The notes under the pieces: model-generated | Told to the model about the DNA's origin: nothing | Database searches by the model: none | Seen by the model: only the letters and a program-made list of their open reading frames with translations | Part shown: one piece after another, positions 1 to 9,724 of the stretch | Numbering within the stretch: position 1 is the stretch's first letter | Layout: each line of letters begins with the position of its first letter | Translations under genes and position numbers: made by a program | From: a virus | Strand: one strand, 5' to 3' | Virus record (IMG/VR): IMGVR_UViG_3300028384_001275 | Location: 32,001 to 96,000 of that record | Length of the DNA: 64,000 nt

Positions 1-54
1 GGCACTGTGCCACAAACAGGAGATAACATTCAGATCCGTGAATTGGTCATCTAA
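1..54 (+). CDS. 3' end of an upstream virion structural gene (partial)
   Basis: Frame 1 reads GTVPQTGDNIQIRELVI-stop; it is followed by a late promoter and the next gene. Confidence 0.6.
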   Translation, partial: GTVPQTGDNIQIRELVI

Positions 55-56
55 AA

Positions 57-63
57 ATAAATA
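57..63 (+). promoter_or_regulatory. T4-type late promoter (ATAAATA)
   Basis: ATAAATA lies just upstream of ATG 86; the same motif precedes most structural genes here. Confidence 0.7.
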
Positions 64-85
64 GATAGTAAACAGAGGGTAACCA

Positions 86-955
86 ATGTCCACCAAAATT
101 ATAGGCAATCAGATTGATGCCACAACTAGGGCGATTATGGAAGCTCTAGATGTGACCGAGCAAATCAATCTGCCTGCTCTCAATCAATCTTCCATCAATG
201 CCTTAGGCACACCTGCTTATGGCACTTTAGTGTATAATAGCACTGAAGATATGGCGCAGATTTATCTGCAAGATGCTGCACAAGGCGTGCCTGGTTGGGA
301 TGATGTTGGTGGCGGTGGTCCTTCTGTTGGTGAAGACTCCATTATTCGTACTAATGGACCCACCATTGAGCAAAACATCACTGTTGGTCCTGTTGCAAAC
401 GGTGGTGTTGAGTTTACTAATGGTTTCACAGCGGGTCCTGTGACTATCGCAAACGGTTATACAGTTACTATTGAGAATAATGCTACTTGGCAGGTTCTCG
501 GTGATGATGCAGATGCAGTCCTGGAATACAGTGACATTTCAACTGGCACTCTATCGGTGTCTGGTATTCTTCACTTTACAGAAACTAAAGAAGCAGTCAC
601 TTACTATAATTCAAGTGGCACTGTCACACATAGTTTCAACAATAACAATACTGTTTGGGTCACGAAGACTGGCGGTGGTAATTTCACATTTAATCTGAAT
701 GATGTGCCAGCTGGCGGTTTCGCTGATGGTAACGCATTCGGCATTACTGTGATCATTGAAAATGCTGGTGGTGCAGGTATACCTAGCACCTTCAATATCA
801 ATGGCGTAAGTCATACAATCTACTGGTCAGGTGGAGCTGCTCCAGCTATGGCCGATACCTATATGGTATGCTCGTTTGCAATTACTGCAAAACAACCAGC
901 AGGACAGTCTAGTCAATCTTACACTGTTTTTGGCAGTGCAGGTCAATACGGTTGA
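86..955 (+). CDS. virion structural / tail-fibre-associated protein
   Basis: 289 aa, beta-rich G/T/N composition, GTLVYNST and AGPVTIANGYTVTI fibre-type motifs, late promoter. Confidence 0.6.
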   Translation: MSTKIIGNQIDATTRAIMEALDVTEQINLPALNQSSINALGTPAYGTLVYNSTEDMAQIYLQDAAQGVPGWDDVGGGGPSVGEDSIIRTNGPTIEQNITVGPVANGGVEFTNGFTAGPVTIANGYTVTIENNATWQVLGDDADAVLEYSDISTGTLSVSGILHFTETKEAVTYYNSSGTVTHSFNNNNTVWVTKTGGGNFTFNLNDVPAGGFADGNAFGITVIIENAGGAGIPSTFNINGVSHTIYWSGGAAPAMADTYMVCSFAITAKQPAGQSSQSYTVFGSAGQYG

Positions 956-963
956 GGTAAATT

Positions 964-1755
964 ATGGGAAGATTTGGTGCATTTTCGGGGCAAACTCCTA
1001 CAGGATCAGGACTATATTCTGCTGGCAATAGCGGCGGCGGTGGTGGAGCTGCTCCTTTAGGTAGTGCTTCTAATCCTGCCCCTAATGCTGAGGCACTTCG
1101 TGCAGCTGGTATTACAACAGAAGGGGCGTATTACATTAGTCTTCCTAATGTGGGATCGAAACTGACATATTGTGCTCCATCATCAGGATTTGCTGGTGGT
1201 GGTTGGATGCTTGCATGGAAATGCACTCGTGGATCTAGATTCTCTTGGGGATCTAACTACTGGACAAGCTCCAATATATATCGTGAGACTGATATGGGTC
1301 GGTCTGATAATGATGCAAAGTATGATGTATTCAATAACTACAGTGCTTCTGCATTCCTTGCTATCTTCCCTGATATTGGTCGTAATGGTGGGCAAGCATC
1401 TGGATATGGTAATGGTTGGAGTTGGTTGCAAACAGGACAAAATAGCACCTGTTTGAGTAGATTCCAAACCCAAAGCCAGATCTCAGGTAACCCTCGTGGG
1501 CAGAATATGTGGCAGGGATCTGGATTCTCTGCACAGGGTGGATTCCAATGGTATGGATTTAACTATACAGGCAATGGTAGTCATAGAGTCCGTTGGGGAT
1601 TTGGTTGGAATAATGAAGGCGATCAAAATTCTAATGACGTGCAAGGTGGTATCGGCACTCAGCGTGGCGGATCATCAGCAGGAGATCATATCTATTGTTG
1701 TCAGACAACAACTGGTGTAAATAGGACTATCAGAGCGGAGATTTGGGTCAGATGA
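964..1755 (+). CDS. fibrinogen-C-like / lectin-like virion protein
   Basis: GSASNPA...G.YYI...TYC...GGGWML signature resembles fibrinogen-related domains; Trp/Gly-rich C-terminus. Confidence 0.55.
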   Translation: MGRFGAFSGQTPTGSGLYSAGNSGGGGGAAPLGSASNPAPNAEALRAAGITTEGAYYISLPNVGSKLTYCAPSSGFAGGGWMLAWKCTRGSRFSWGSNYWTSSNIYRETDMGRSDNDAKYDVFNNYSASAFLAIFPDIGRNGGQASGYGNGWSWLQTGQNSTCLSRFQTQSQISGNPRGQNMWQGSGFSAQGGFQWYGFNYTGNGSHRVRWGFGWNNEGDQNSNDVQGGIGTQRGGSSAGDHIYCCQTTTGVNRTIRAEIWVR

Positions 1756-1985
1756 CATATGAAAGTTATTTGAGAGAAGCAAAGAAGTTATATCAATCTC
1801 GTGATGGTCAGCATGTTATAGACTTCGCGAAGAAGGTTGCTACTGAGTTTGATAAGGTAGTCGCAGAAGAGATTACTATTGAGCAGTTTGCGGATAATGT
1901 GCCTGACAGTGAATACACTGAAGATGCTCCGATCAGACACCTTAACTACATCAAGTCTCAGTTAATTCATTATTATCCTGAATAA
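1752..1985 (+). CDS. hypothetical protein
   Basis: ATGA overlap with the upstream stop; GTAAATA late-promoter-like motif at 1717-1723. Confidence 0.6.
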   Translation: MTYESYLREAKKLYQSRDGQHVIDFAKKVATEFDKVVAEEITIEQFADNVPDSEYTEDAPIRHLNYIKSQLIHYYPE

Positions 1986-2013
1986 ATAAAATAGGAAAGG
2001 ACCTTTATCCAAT

Positions 2014-2823
2014 ATGGCACAGTTAAGAGTTGGAGCTGTAAAAGACCTCAGTAACATTGGTGGATTTACATTTTCCTCTGGTGGAGTTACTGCTAATGGT
2101 GCATTGACAGTTACTAATCTGGAAGTTACTGGATCTATCACAGGATCGTCTAATTTCTTGATCCCTAATCCATCAGGTAATGCAGGTCAATATCTGACTA
2201 CCAATGGATCTTCTATGTCATATGGTGAGCTGAGTACTGCAGCGGGTGCCAGATCTATGCAGGTCTGGACATCTAATGGGACCTGGACTAGACCGAGTGG
2301 TGTTAAAACCATTATGGTCACAGTTACTGGTGCTGGTGGAGGTGGATCTGGTCACTGTGAATCGGGTGGTGCAGGTGGCACATCTCAAAGACAATTAGAT
2401 GTTACAAATATCTCTTCCGTATCCGTTACTGTAGGTAATCCTGGTGGAGGCACTAATTACTCTGGTTGTGGTGGAGGTGGTAACTCATCTTCATTCGGAT
2501 CTTACTGTAGTGCAGGAGGTGGTACGGGAGCTAACTGTAGACAGCAACACTCTGGTGGAATCGGTGGTAACGGATCTGGCGGATCGCTAAACATCTATGG
2601 TGGCGGCGGTAACGGTCATGGGTCACACTATTCCTATGGCAATCACACTGCTGGTCCATCATATTGGGGTGGCACTCAGCCCTCATCTCATAGACAGAGT
2701 AACTACTCCCACCGTCATCAGAACCATTGTGCCTGGGGTGCTGGCGGTAACGGCGCTCAGCACGGCAACCGTGGCGCTCGCGGTCGTGAAGGTGTAGTTG
2801 TTGTCCATGAATTCTTCGGCTAA
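2014..2823 (+). CDS. glycine-rich virion/fibre protein, paralogue 1 of 3
   Basis: 269 aa; FTSSGTWT-like (WTSNGTWTRP..V...VTGAGGGG) Gly-rich domain; ATAAATA at 1982-1988. Confidence 0.75.
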   Translation: MAQLRVGAVKDLSNIGGFTFSSGGVTANGALTVTNLEVTGSITGSSNFLIPNPSGNAGQYLTTNGSSMSYGELSTAAGARSMQVWTSNGTWTRPSGVKTIMVTVTGAGGGGSGHCESGGAGGTSQRQLDVTNISSVSVTVGNPGGGTNYSGCGGGGNSSSFGSYCSAGGGTGANCRQQHSGGIGGNGSGGSLNIYGGGGNGHGSHYSYGNHTAGPSYWGGTQPSSHRQSNYSHRHQNHCAWGAGGNGAQHGNRGARGREGVVVVHEFFG

Positions 2824-2842
2824 ATACTAAAAAAGACCTAAC

Positions 2843-3652
2843 ATGTCACAGATTAAAGTATCTTCAATTAGGGATCTTACTGACGCTGCTGGTTTTACTC
2901 TGGCATCTGGTAAGATTATTACTGTAGGCACACTGACAGTTTCTAATATCACTATTAATGGTGATATTTTTGGTGGGTCTTCCTATATTATTCCTGAGCA
3001 ATCTGGTAACGCTGGTAAACTCCTGAGATCTACAGGTAGTGGTCTTGAGTGGGCTGAAGGTGCTGGGGCTGCTGGTATTAGATCCATGCAAGTGTGGACA
3101 TCTAATGGCACCTGGACACGCCCCACTGGTGTTAAATCTATTATTGTAACAGTTGTTGGTGCTGGTGGAGGTGGATCTGGTCACTGTGAATCTGGCGGTG
3201 CTGGTGGTATGGCTGAGCGTGTAGTTGATGTTACTAATGTTTCATCAGTTTCGGTAACCGTAGGTAATCCTGGTGGAGGCACTAATTACTCTGGTTGTGG
3301 TGGAAACGGAGGTACAACATCTTTCGGGTCCTATTGCTCAGCATCTGGCGGATATGGTGCTAACTGCCGCACACAACATGCTGGAGGTATCGGCGGCAAC
3401 GGATCTGGTGGTAGTGTTAATGTATACGGTGGTGGTGGTAATGGTCATGGATCTCACTATTCCTACGGAAATAATGTAGGGGGTAAGTCTTACATGGGTG
3501 GTTCTCAAGCATCGTCACATAGTCAGAATAACTATGCACATAGACACCAAAATCATTGTGCTTGGGGTGCTGGTGGCAACGGTGCTAAGCATGGTAACCG
3601 TGGTGCTAGAGGACGCGAAGGTGTAGTTGTCGTCCAAGAATTTTTCGGTTGA
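2843..3652 (+). CDS. glycine-rich virion/fibre protein, paralogue 2 of 3
   Basis: 269 aa, colinear with paralogue 1; CTAAATA at 2820-2826. Confidence 0.75.
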   Translation: MSQIKVSSIRDLTDAAGFTLASGKIITVGTLTVSNITINGDIFGGSSYIIPEQSGNAGKLLRSTGSGLEWAEGAGAAGIRSMQVWTSNGTWTRPTGVKSIIVTVVGAGGGGSGHCESGGAGGMAERVVDVTNVSSVSVTVGNPGGGTNYSGCGGNGGTTSFGSYCSASGGYGANCRTQHAGGIGGNGSGGSVNVYGGGGNGHGSHYSYGNNVGGKSYMGGSQASSHSQNNYAHRHQNHCAWGAGGNGAKHGNRGARGREGVVVVQEFFG

Positions 3653-3678
3653 TAAATAACTAAACAAGGGCATAAGAC

Positions 3679-4488
3679 ATGAGTGTACTCAAAGTAAGTC
3701 AAGTCAGAGACGTTGCTGGTATTGGTGGATTCAACCTTTCTAGTGGGTCGATTACTTCTGTGGGCACACTTAAAGTGAATAATATTGTTATTAATGGCAA
3801 TATTTCTGGATCTTCAAACTATGTGGTCCCTTCACAATCTGGTCAGTCAGGTAAATATCTGACTACCAATGGATCAACTTTGAGCTGGGGGGAAGTATCC
3901 CAAACATCTGGATTTAGATCTATGCAGGTGTGGACATCTAATGGCACTTGGAATAAACCATCAGGTGTCAAGTCTATTAGAGTGCAGGTAGTTGGTGCTG
4001 GTGGAGGTGGATCGGGTTATTGTGAATCGGGTGGTGCTGGTGGTATGTCTGAACGTGTGATTGATGTTACTAATGTTTCATCGGTCAGTGTCACTATAGG
4101 TAATCCTGGTGGAGGCACTAATTACTCTGGTTGTGGTGGAAATGGTAACACAAGTAGTTTTGGTAGTTATTGCTCAGCATCTGGTGGATATGGTGCTAAT
4201 TGTCGTCAACAACATGCTGGCGGTATTGGTGGCAACGGATCAGGTGGCACTTTGAATGTGTATGGTGGTGGTGGCAATGGTCACGGATCTAACCACTCTT
4301 ATGGTAACTATAGTGCTGGCATGTCTTATATGGGTGGATCACAACCTGGATCCCATAGACAACAAAATTATGCCCACAGACATCAAAACCACGCTGCGTG
4401 GGGTGCTGGTGGCAACGGGGCTAGAAACTCAAACCGTGGTGCCCGTGGTCGCGAAGGTGTCGTAGTTGTATTTGAATACTACGGTTGA
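3679..4488 (+). CDS. glycine-rich virion/fibre protein, paralogue 3 of 3
   Basis: 269 aa, colinear with paralogues 1 and 2; ATAAATA at 3652-3658. Confidence 0.75.
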   Translation: MSVLKVSQVRDVAGIGGFNLSSGSITSVGTLKVNNIVINGNISGSSNYVVPSQSGQSGKYLTTNGSTLSWGEVSQTSGFRSMQVWTSNGTWNKPSGVKSIRVQVVGAGGGGSGYCESGGAGGMSERVIDVTNVSSVSVTIGNPGGGTNYSGCGGNGNTSSFGSYCSASGGYGANCRQQHAGGIGGNGSGGTLNVYGGGGNGHGSNHSYGNYSAGMSYMGGSQPGSHRQQNYAHRHQNHAAWGAGGNGARNSNRGARGREGVVVVFEYYG

Positions 4489-4518
4489 TAAATAACAACG
4501 AAGGAGATTTTTCTAACA

Positions 4519-4947
4519 ATGGCTAAGTACGCAATCGTTAATGGTGAAAACGGATCTTTTAGTGACATCGTAGATGAAGAAGATAAGTTTGAAATCTATG
4601 AGGGTCCCGATTCTAAAGTCCGCTGGATGGAAGTGCCCGATGACACCACTTATGAGCATCTGATGGTTAATGGTGTTGTTATTCACCATAGTGAGCAAGA
4701 AGATCTTCGTGAAGGTGCTGTTGTTAATCGCATGATTGCTTATGGTGACATCGGTGAGCAAATGGACATGATGTTTAGAGATGCCCGTGATGGCACAACT
4801 ACATGGAAAGATCATATTGCTAATGTGAAAGAAACTACAACTTCACCTGGATCTATTCCTGAATTTGTACCCGATCCTAAAAAGACTCAACTTGAAGGAC
4901 GTATGGCATGGGATCCCTGGGTTGACAACTGGGTAGCACCCGAGTAG
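4519..4947 (+). CDS. hypothetical protein, possible tail-fibre assembly chaperone
   Basis: RBS AAGGAG; ATAAATA at 4488-4494; the R..AY..IGEQMDM.F.D...G..TW..HI..VK motif is typical of small proteins that follow phage fibre genes. Confidence 0.55.
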   Translation: MAKYAIVNGENGSFSDIVDEEDKFEIYEGPDSKVRWMEVPDDTTYEHLMVNGVVIHHSEQEDLREGAVVNRMIAYGDIGEQMDMMFRDARDGTTTWKDHIANVKETTTSPGSIPEFVPDPKKTQLEGRMAWDPWVDNWVAPE

Positions 4948-4950
4948 TAT
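4922..4950 (+). promoter_or_regulatory. sigma70-type promoter for the halogenase/oxygenase cluster
   Basis: TTGACA (4922-4927), 17-nt spacer, TAGTAT (4945-4950). Confidence 0.55.
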
Positions 4951-4973
4951 ACATAATGTAAAGACTTTACATT

Positions 4974-6596
4974 ATGCGCGTAGAAAGTATTTGCATTGTT
5001 GGTGGTGGAAGCAGCGGATGGATGTCCGCTGCTTTGTTGTCTAAAACCTTTCCAGATATTGAGGTAGCATTAATAGAACCTGAAGACAGTAATCCTATTG
5101 GTGTAGGTGAATCTACATTAGGACACTTCAATCGGTTTCTAGCTAGATTAGACTTGCATGATGAAGATTGGATGCGAGAATGTCAAGCAACCTATAAAAC
5201 TTCTATTGCATTCAAAAACTTTAGAGAGGGTAATGGGGAGAGATTCCAGTATCCTTTCGGTGGATTTGATATGACCGAATTCAAAGATGGAATCATGAGA
5301 TTCTTTGAATTGCAATGTCAATATGGTCAAGAAGAATATCCACCAGAAGAATTTGCCCGTTTTGCCAATCACAACACTTATCTAGCAGAAGAGTGTCGTA
5401 TTACAGACGAAGAGATTCCATTCTCAAATTACAGTTTTAAGAATGACACTGCATATCACTTTGATGCTGCATTATTTGGTCAATATCTAAAGACTAACAT
5501 TGCAATTCCCAATGGTGTAACACACCTGTTGGGTGATGTTGAGAATGTTGTAAAGCGCCCCGATGGATCTATTGAGTCCATTGTGACAACCACAGGTGGT
5601 GTAGTTAGTGCAGATCTATTCGTTGATTGCACAGGATTTAAGTCATTGTTGCTTGAGCAACATATGGGCGTTGAGTTTCATTCTTATAATGATCTTCTCT
5701 TTAATGATAGAGCACTTGCCACTCAAATTCCTTACACTGAGGGTAAGCGTGAGCAACAAATGGAGACCTACACTGATTGTGTAGCTATGGATCATGGTTG
5801 GGTGTGGAATATCCCACTATGGCATCGTGTGGGCACAGGATATGTTTATAGTAGTAAATATACCACTGATGATGATGCTGAGCGAGAGTTTAGAGAATAT
5901 CTATATTTTAGATATGGACCTAAGATTGCTGAAGAAGCATATATGCGACCCATCAAAATTAAGCACGGTAAGCATACGAAAGGGTGGGAGAAAAATGTTG
6001 TTGGTATCGGACTATCTTATGGATTCCTTGAGCCTTTGGAATCTACGGGGTTGATGACAACACACGAAAATCTTATTTACTTGTGTGATACATTACTGCG
6101 TCGTAATAGAATTATTACGAAGATGGATTGTGATAGTTATAATTACACAGTGGATCAGATGATTGAAACTATGAAGAATTTCGTAGCACTTCACTATTCA
6201 TTGAGTAGTCGTGAAGATAATCAATACTGGTCTGATTGTGTTAATAAAATGGAATTTATCAATCCAGTAGATTCACCACTGTCAACAATTCTGGGTCAAA
6301 GTGGTATTGAATCACTAATGAATAGTGTTGAAAATAGTTTCTTTAATGAAGAGAAATTTGCTGGATTCATTTATATCACTGCTGGTCAAGGATACCGTCC
6401 AATCAACCCTGAAATATATAAAGAAAGATCTGACATTGATCGAAAATCTGTCGTTGCAACTATTCGCGAAGAATATATACGACAGAAAAAGTTTATGCTA
6501 CAATGGGCAAGCGAGCAACCTACACATTACCAATATCTTTTGGAGCACATTTATGGGACTGATGAATATCTTCAAGAAAAGGAAACCTTGGGTTAG
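4974..6596 (+). CDS. prnA: flavin-dependent tryptophan halogenase family protein
   Basis: GGGSSGW FAD motif, IGVGEST, FVDCTGF, WVWNIP (WxWxIP), FLEPLESTG. Confidence 0.9.
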   Translation: MRVESICIVGGGSSGWMSAALLSKTFPDIEVALIEPEDSNPIGVGESTLGHFNRFLARLDLHDEDWMRECQATYKTSIAFKNFREGNGERFQYPFGGFDMTEFKDGIMRFFELQCQYGQEEYPPEEFARFANHNTYLAEECRITDEEIPFSNYSFKNDTAYHFDAALFGQYLKTNIAIPNGVTHLLGDVENVVKRPDGSIESIVTTTGGVVSADLFVDCTGFKSLLLEQHMGVEFHSYNDLLFNDRALATQIPYTEGKREQQMETYTDCVAMDHGWVWNIPLWHRVGTGYVYSSKYTTDDDAEREFREYLYFRYGPKIAEEAYMRPIKIKHGKHTKGWEKNVVGIGLSYGFLEPLESTGLMTTHENLIYLCDTLLRRNRIITKMDCDSYNYTVDQMIETMKNFVALHYSLSSREDNQYWSDCVNKMEFINPVDSPLSTILGQSGIESLMNSVENSFFNEEKFAGFIYITAGQGYRPINPEIYKERSDIDRKSVVATIREEYIRQKKFMLQWASEQPTHYQYLLEHIYGTDEYLQEKETLG

Positions 6597-7431
6597 ATTT
6601 TATTCTATTGATCCTGGTGTAGCTGATCTTCACCCATGGTTTCCTGCTCGTAAGTTACATCGTAAATGGAGGACTGATGCCCTAAAGGCACAAAATGCTC
6701 CTGAAAAACGCTGCCCTTATAAGAAGGTAGAATCGATGTGGAAAAGAATGTCCGCTGAAATGATGGGTGAGCAAGCAATGCCTGAGATTTATACTCATGG
6801 TGTTACATGTCCTGCCCTCGCATCTGTAATGGATTCGGGATATATTCTTCCTGCTCCAGCTGATATTTTGATTAAAACTGATGGTAGTGGTGTCAACTTT
6901 GAGTGGTTATCTCCAATGTTGTTTCACAACAACAGTCAATATGTAAAGGCACACATTCCCCAACAAACTGAGGGTATGAGAGAGTTAGTCAATCAGCAAG
7001 AAGATGTGCTTGATTGGACTATCAAACTAGAGTTGCCATGGCGGGTCCAGTCTCATCCAGATATTTTATTTTTACAGCAACCTATTCCATATTGGGATGA
7101 AGATAGATTTACACCACCTACAGGTATTGTAGATCCATCATTTTCATATGATATTAATCTTCAACTATTCTGGCATAAAATAGAAGCAGGGGAATACTAT
7201 ATAAAAGCAGGCACACCTTTGTGTCAGTGGATTCCCTTACATCGTGACTTCTTCAAGATGAAAAACTGGGATATTTTCATTGAAACTGCAAATGATCATG
7301 ATATTGAAAACAATAAGATCATGGATTATCAACGAGGCAGAATCTTTATTGAAGGTGACGACTTAAAGGGTAGAATTAAAGTCCAGAGGCAAATACTTGG
7401 ACTAAATAAAAACATCAAGAGGTTTATGTAG
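6553..7431 (+). CDS. conserved cyanophage hypothetical protein (beta-rich)
   Basis: CP...D...GYILPAP, K.ELPW, PTGIVD and IKAGTPLCQ.IP motifs; start re-called to MGLMNIF. Confidence 0.6.
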   Translation: MGLMNIFKKRKPWVRFYSIDPGVADLHPWFPARKLHRKWRTDALKAQNAPEKRCPYKKVESMWKRMSAEMMGEQAMPEIYTHGVTCPALASVMDSGYILPAPADILIKTDGSGVNFEWLSPMLFHNNSQYVKAHIPQQTEGMRELVNQQEDVLDWTIKLELPWRVQSHPDILFLQQPIPYWDEDRFTPPTGIVDPSFSYDINLQLFWHKIEAGEYYIKAGTPLCQWIPLHRDFFKMKNWDIFIETANDHDIENNKIMDYQRGRIFIEGDDLKGRIKVQRQILGLNKNIKRFM

Positions 7432-7432
7432 T

Positions 7433-7789
7433 ATGTCTGAAAATGTAAAAGAAGTCAACCTGACTGAGGTTGCTGGTGTGAAAACAACTGAAGAGAAACT
7501 TCAAGAAAGCAAAGAGAATGAGGTTACTGATCTTATCTCTTATGACGATCTTGTTTATAATTTCTTGCAACAGTTTGAGGATACTAAAGAGGAGTATAAG
7601 AAACTGCAAGAAGCACTAGACAATATGCACTACACTTCTACAATCACCAAGATTTCACTAGAAGAAATGCAAACGAAGAAAGACCATATGAATAAGCTTG
7701 CGGGTGCTATTGAGGCAATGTATCTGTATAAAAAGCATGTCAATCCCGAGTGCTCCGATAAAGATTTTACTTTTGAAGATGAAGACTAA
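7433..7789 (+). CDS. hypothetical acidic coiled-coil protein
   Basis: 118 aa; CTAAATA at 7402-7408; RBS GAGG. Confidence 0.6.
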   Translation: MSENVKEVNLTEVAGVKTTEEKLQESKENEVTDLISYDDLVYNFLQQFEDTKEEYKKLQEALDNMHYTSTITKISLEEMQTKKDHMNKLAGAIEAMYLYKKHVNPECSDKDFTFEDED

Positions 7790-8429
7790 ATTATTATTTC
7801 CCACACCTGTCTGGATTCAAGATGAGTGTGGGATTGATCTTAATAAATTAACTGAATTTTGTTATTTTGTAGAGAAAGAAGATCCAGAAGGAAGACACGC
7901 AACCAATGATGGTGGTTGGCAATCTCATGACTTTGTTGATAGTGTCATGAAAGATAACCCACTATCTGAAATACGTCAAAAAATTTATGAGTTAGCATAT
8001 GCAGCTTGTGATCAATGGGGGTATCAATATTATTCTCTAAAGATGACTAATTTGTGGATTAATATCAATCGCAAAGGTCATTCTAACCTTATGCACACAC
8101 ATCCTGGATGTATTTTGTCGGGAGTTTATTATGCTAAAGTGCCCGAATGTTGTGCTGGAGCACTTTCTTTTGTCCGAGATTTTAGAGAGCAACATCTAAA
8201 AGAATCATGGGGCAATGCTGCTAACTTTTCAAAGTGGGATGAAGACATGAATATGGATGAATATGATGTTTATCCAGAGGCAGATAAGATGGTATTGTTT
8301 CCGTCATGGATGCCACATGTGGTGAGTAGATCTTCATCCGATGGTGATAGAGTATCTCTATCTTTTAATATCCTTGCATTTTCCAATCATTATAATGAAA
8401 TATATCCAACTGGACAACATAATCGGTAA
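7779..8429 (+). CDS. 2OG-Fe(II) oxygenase (TIGR02466-like, HxH type)
   Basis: LFPTPVW, W.NIN..G..N..HTHP...LSGVYY, LFPSW.PH.V, R.S.SFN. Confidence 0.85.
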   Translation: MKTKLLFPTPVWIQDECGIDLNKLTEFCYFVEKEDPEGRHATNDGGWQSHDFVDSVMKDNPLSEIRQKIYELAYAACDQWGYQYYSLKMTNLWININRKGHSNLMHTHPGCILSGVYYAKVPECCAGALSFVRDFREQHLKESWGNAANFSKWDEDMNMDEYDVYPEADKMVLFPSWMPHVVSRSSSDGDRVSLSFNILAFSNHYNEIYPTGQHNR

Positions 8430-9060
8430 GACACATCTGTCTAGGTTGTTTCATATTTTATCCGCACCTGCTGGTGGATTCCCTTGGTTTTTCCTATCGG
8501 AAGATGTTAGCTATAGCACCAATGATTATACCTTTGGTGATGTGCATATTTTAGATATTCCTGAAAAACAAAAAAGTATTGGTTTCACTCATGTGTTGTT
8601 AGATAGTGATGGAAGTAAGAGTCCTTATTATGAGATCTTTGCAGCACTATTAGATGAAATCCAAGATGCCTTACCTGCCCCTATCGAGTTTTTTCGTGTT
8701 AGACTTGCATTGCAGTTGAATAATGGTATAGACTCACATAATGCAGCACATACTGATAGTGAGAAAGATCATTATGCTGCATTATTTTACTTTCATGATT
8801 CATCTGGAGACACTGTATTCATGGATCAATATGATAATCCCAATGAAGGTACAATTGATGAAAGATGGATGAGAGCGAGGACTCAAAACTACACTATTCA
8901 AAAGAGAGTAACACCCAAAGCGAATAGATTGTTTGTATTTGATGGTCATCAATTTCATTCATCATCCAATCCAACTGACAATAAGTTTCGTATTATTCTG
9001 AATCTCAATTTCACTTCTGATGTCGATCTCTTCGCTGCTGCAAACACTAACAACAACTAA
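8395..9060 (+). CDS. 2OG-Fe(II) oxygenase
   Basis: HTD...GDT...PKANR..VFDG..FH.S..P...R..LN.N. Confidence 0.8.
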   Translation: MKYIQLDNIIGKTHLSRLFHILSAPAGGFPWFFLSEDVSYSTNDYTFGDVHILDIPEKQKSIGFTHVLLDSDGSKSPYYEIFAALLDEIQDALPAPIEFFRVRLALQLNNGIDSHNAAHTDSEKDHYAALFYFHDSSGDTVFMDQYDNPNEGTIDERWMRARTQNYTIQKRVTPKANRLFVFDGHQFHSSSNPTDNKFRIILNLNFTSDVDLFAAANTNNN

Positions 9061-9724
9061 AAACTGGGATATTGATGATACTCCCCAATATTGGCAGAAT
9101 ATATGTGATGATCCCAGTGTATTTGCTACATGGAAAGAAGTTGAGTATTGCCTTAATAATCCACAGGTATTTGATATTCAGCTAATTGATTCTAGGACTA
9201 ATCAATACTACGATCTGCAATACTTCCCCAGACACTGGTCTAAACCTTGCCCTGATGTGTCTGATATTATGGATGCTGTCTCCAATGGACATAATATCGT
9301 AATCAATAATTTTAGCTGGGTTAATCACAAAAAACAAATACTATTGGATCAAATTGAGAATACTTTTCATGGTATAACTGCTGACTTTCATGTTTATGCT
9401 GGCATCAAAACTTCAAAGTCATTTAGAATACATGAGGATTATTCTAATAACTTTATTGTCCAAGTGGAAGGAGAAACGCACTGGAAAGTATATAACAATC
9501 GTCGATCATTCTTAAACACACAAATAAATTATATTCTTAATGAGGATGATTTAGATTGTATTATTGATGTTAAAATGCAACCAGGAGATATTCTCTACAT
9601 ACCACAAGGGTGTTATCATTTAGCACAACCACAAGAAAAAAGATTGTCTATTAGTATTCCTATGCAATCTAGATTGGCACACTTAAAAATGACAGATCGT
9701 AAGTATTATGCTCTCCCCAGTTAA
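9020..9724 (+). CDS. JmjC/cupin-4 family 2OG oxygenase
   Basis: SF..HED....F.VQVEG...W.V, PGDILYIP.G.YH.A, R.SISI. Confidence 0.85.
   Translation: MSISSLLQTLTTTKNWDIDDTPQYWQNICDDPSVFATWKEVEYCLNNPQVFDIQLIDSRTNQYYDLQYFPRHWSKPCPDVSDIMDAVSNGHNIVINNFSWVNHKKQILLDQIENTFHGITADFHVYAGIKTSKSFRIHEDYSNNFIVQVEGETHWKVYNNRRSFLNTQINYILNEDDLDCIIDVKMQPGDILYIPQGCYHLAQPQEKRLSISIPMQSRLAHLKMTDRKYYALPS

Noticed and set aside
2014-4488. Diversity-generating retroelement or invertible shufflon for the three paralogues
   Set aside because: No reverse transcriptase or invertase in the window, differences are not adenine-specific, and all copies are full-length, same-strand and have their own promoters.
6325-6552. Long N-terminal extensions given by the ORF track (also 7698, 8341, 14255, 15132, 27207)
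   Set aside because: They start at non-ATG codons or deep inside upstream genes; downstream ATGs with short overlaps fit better.
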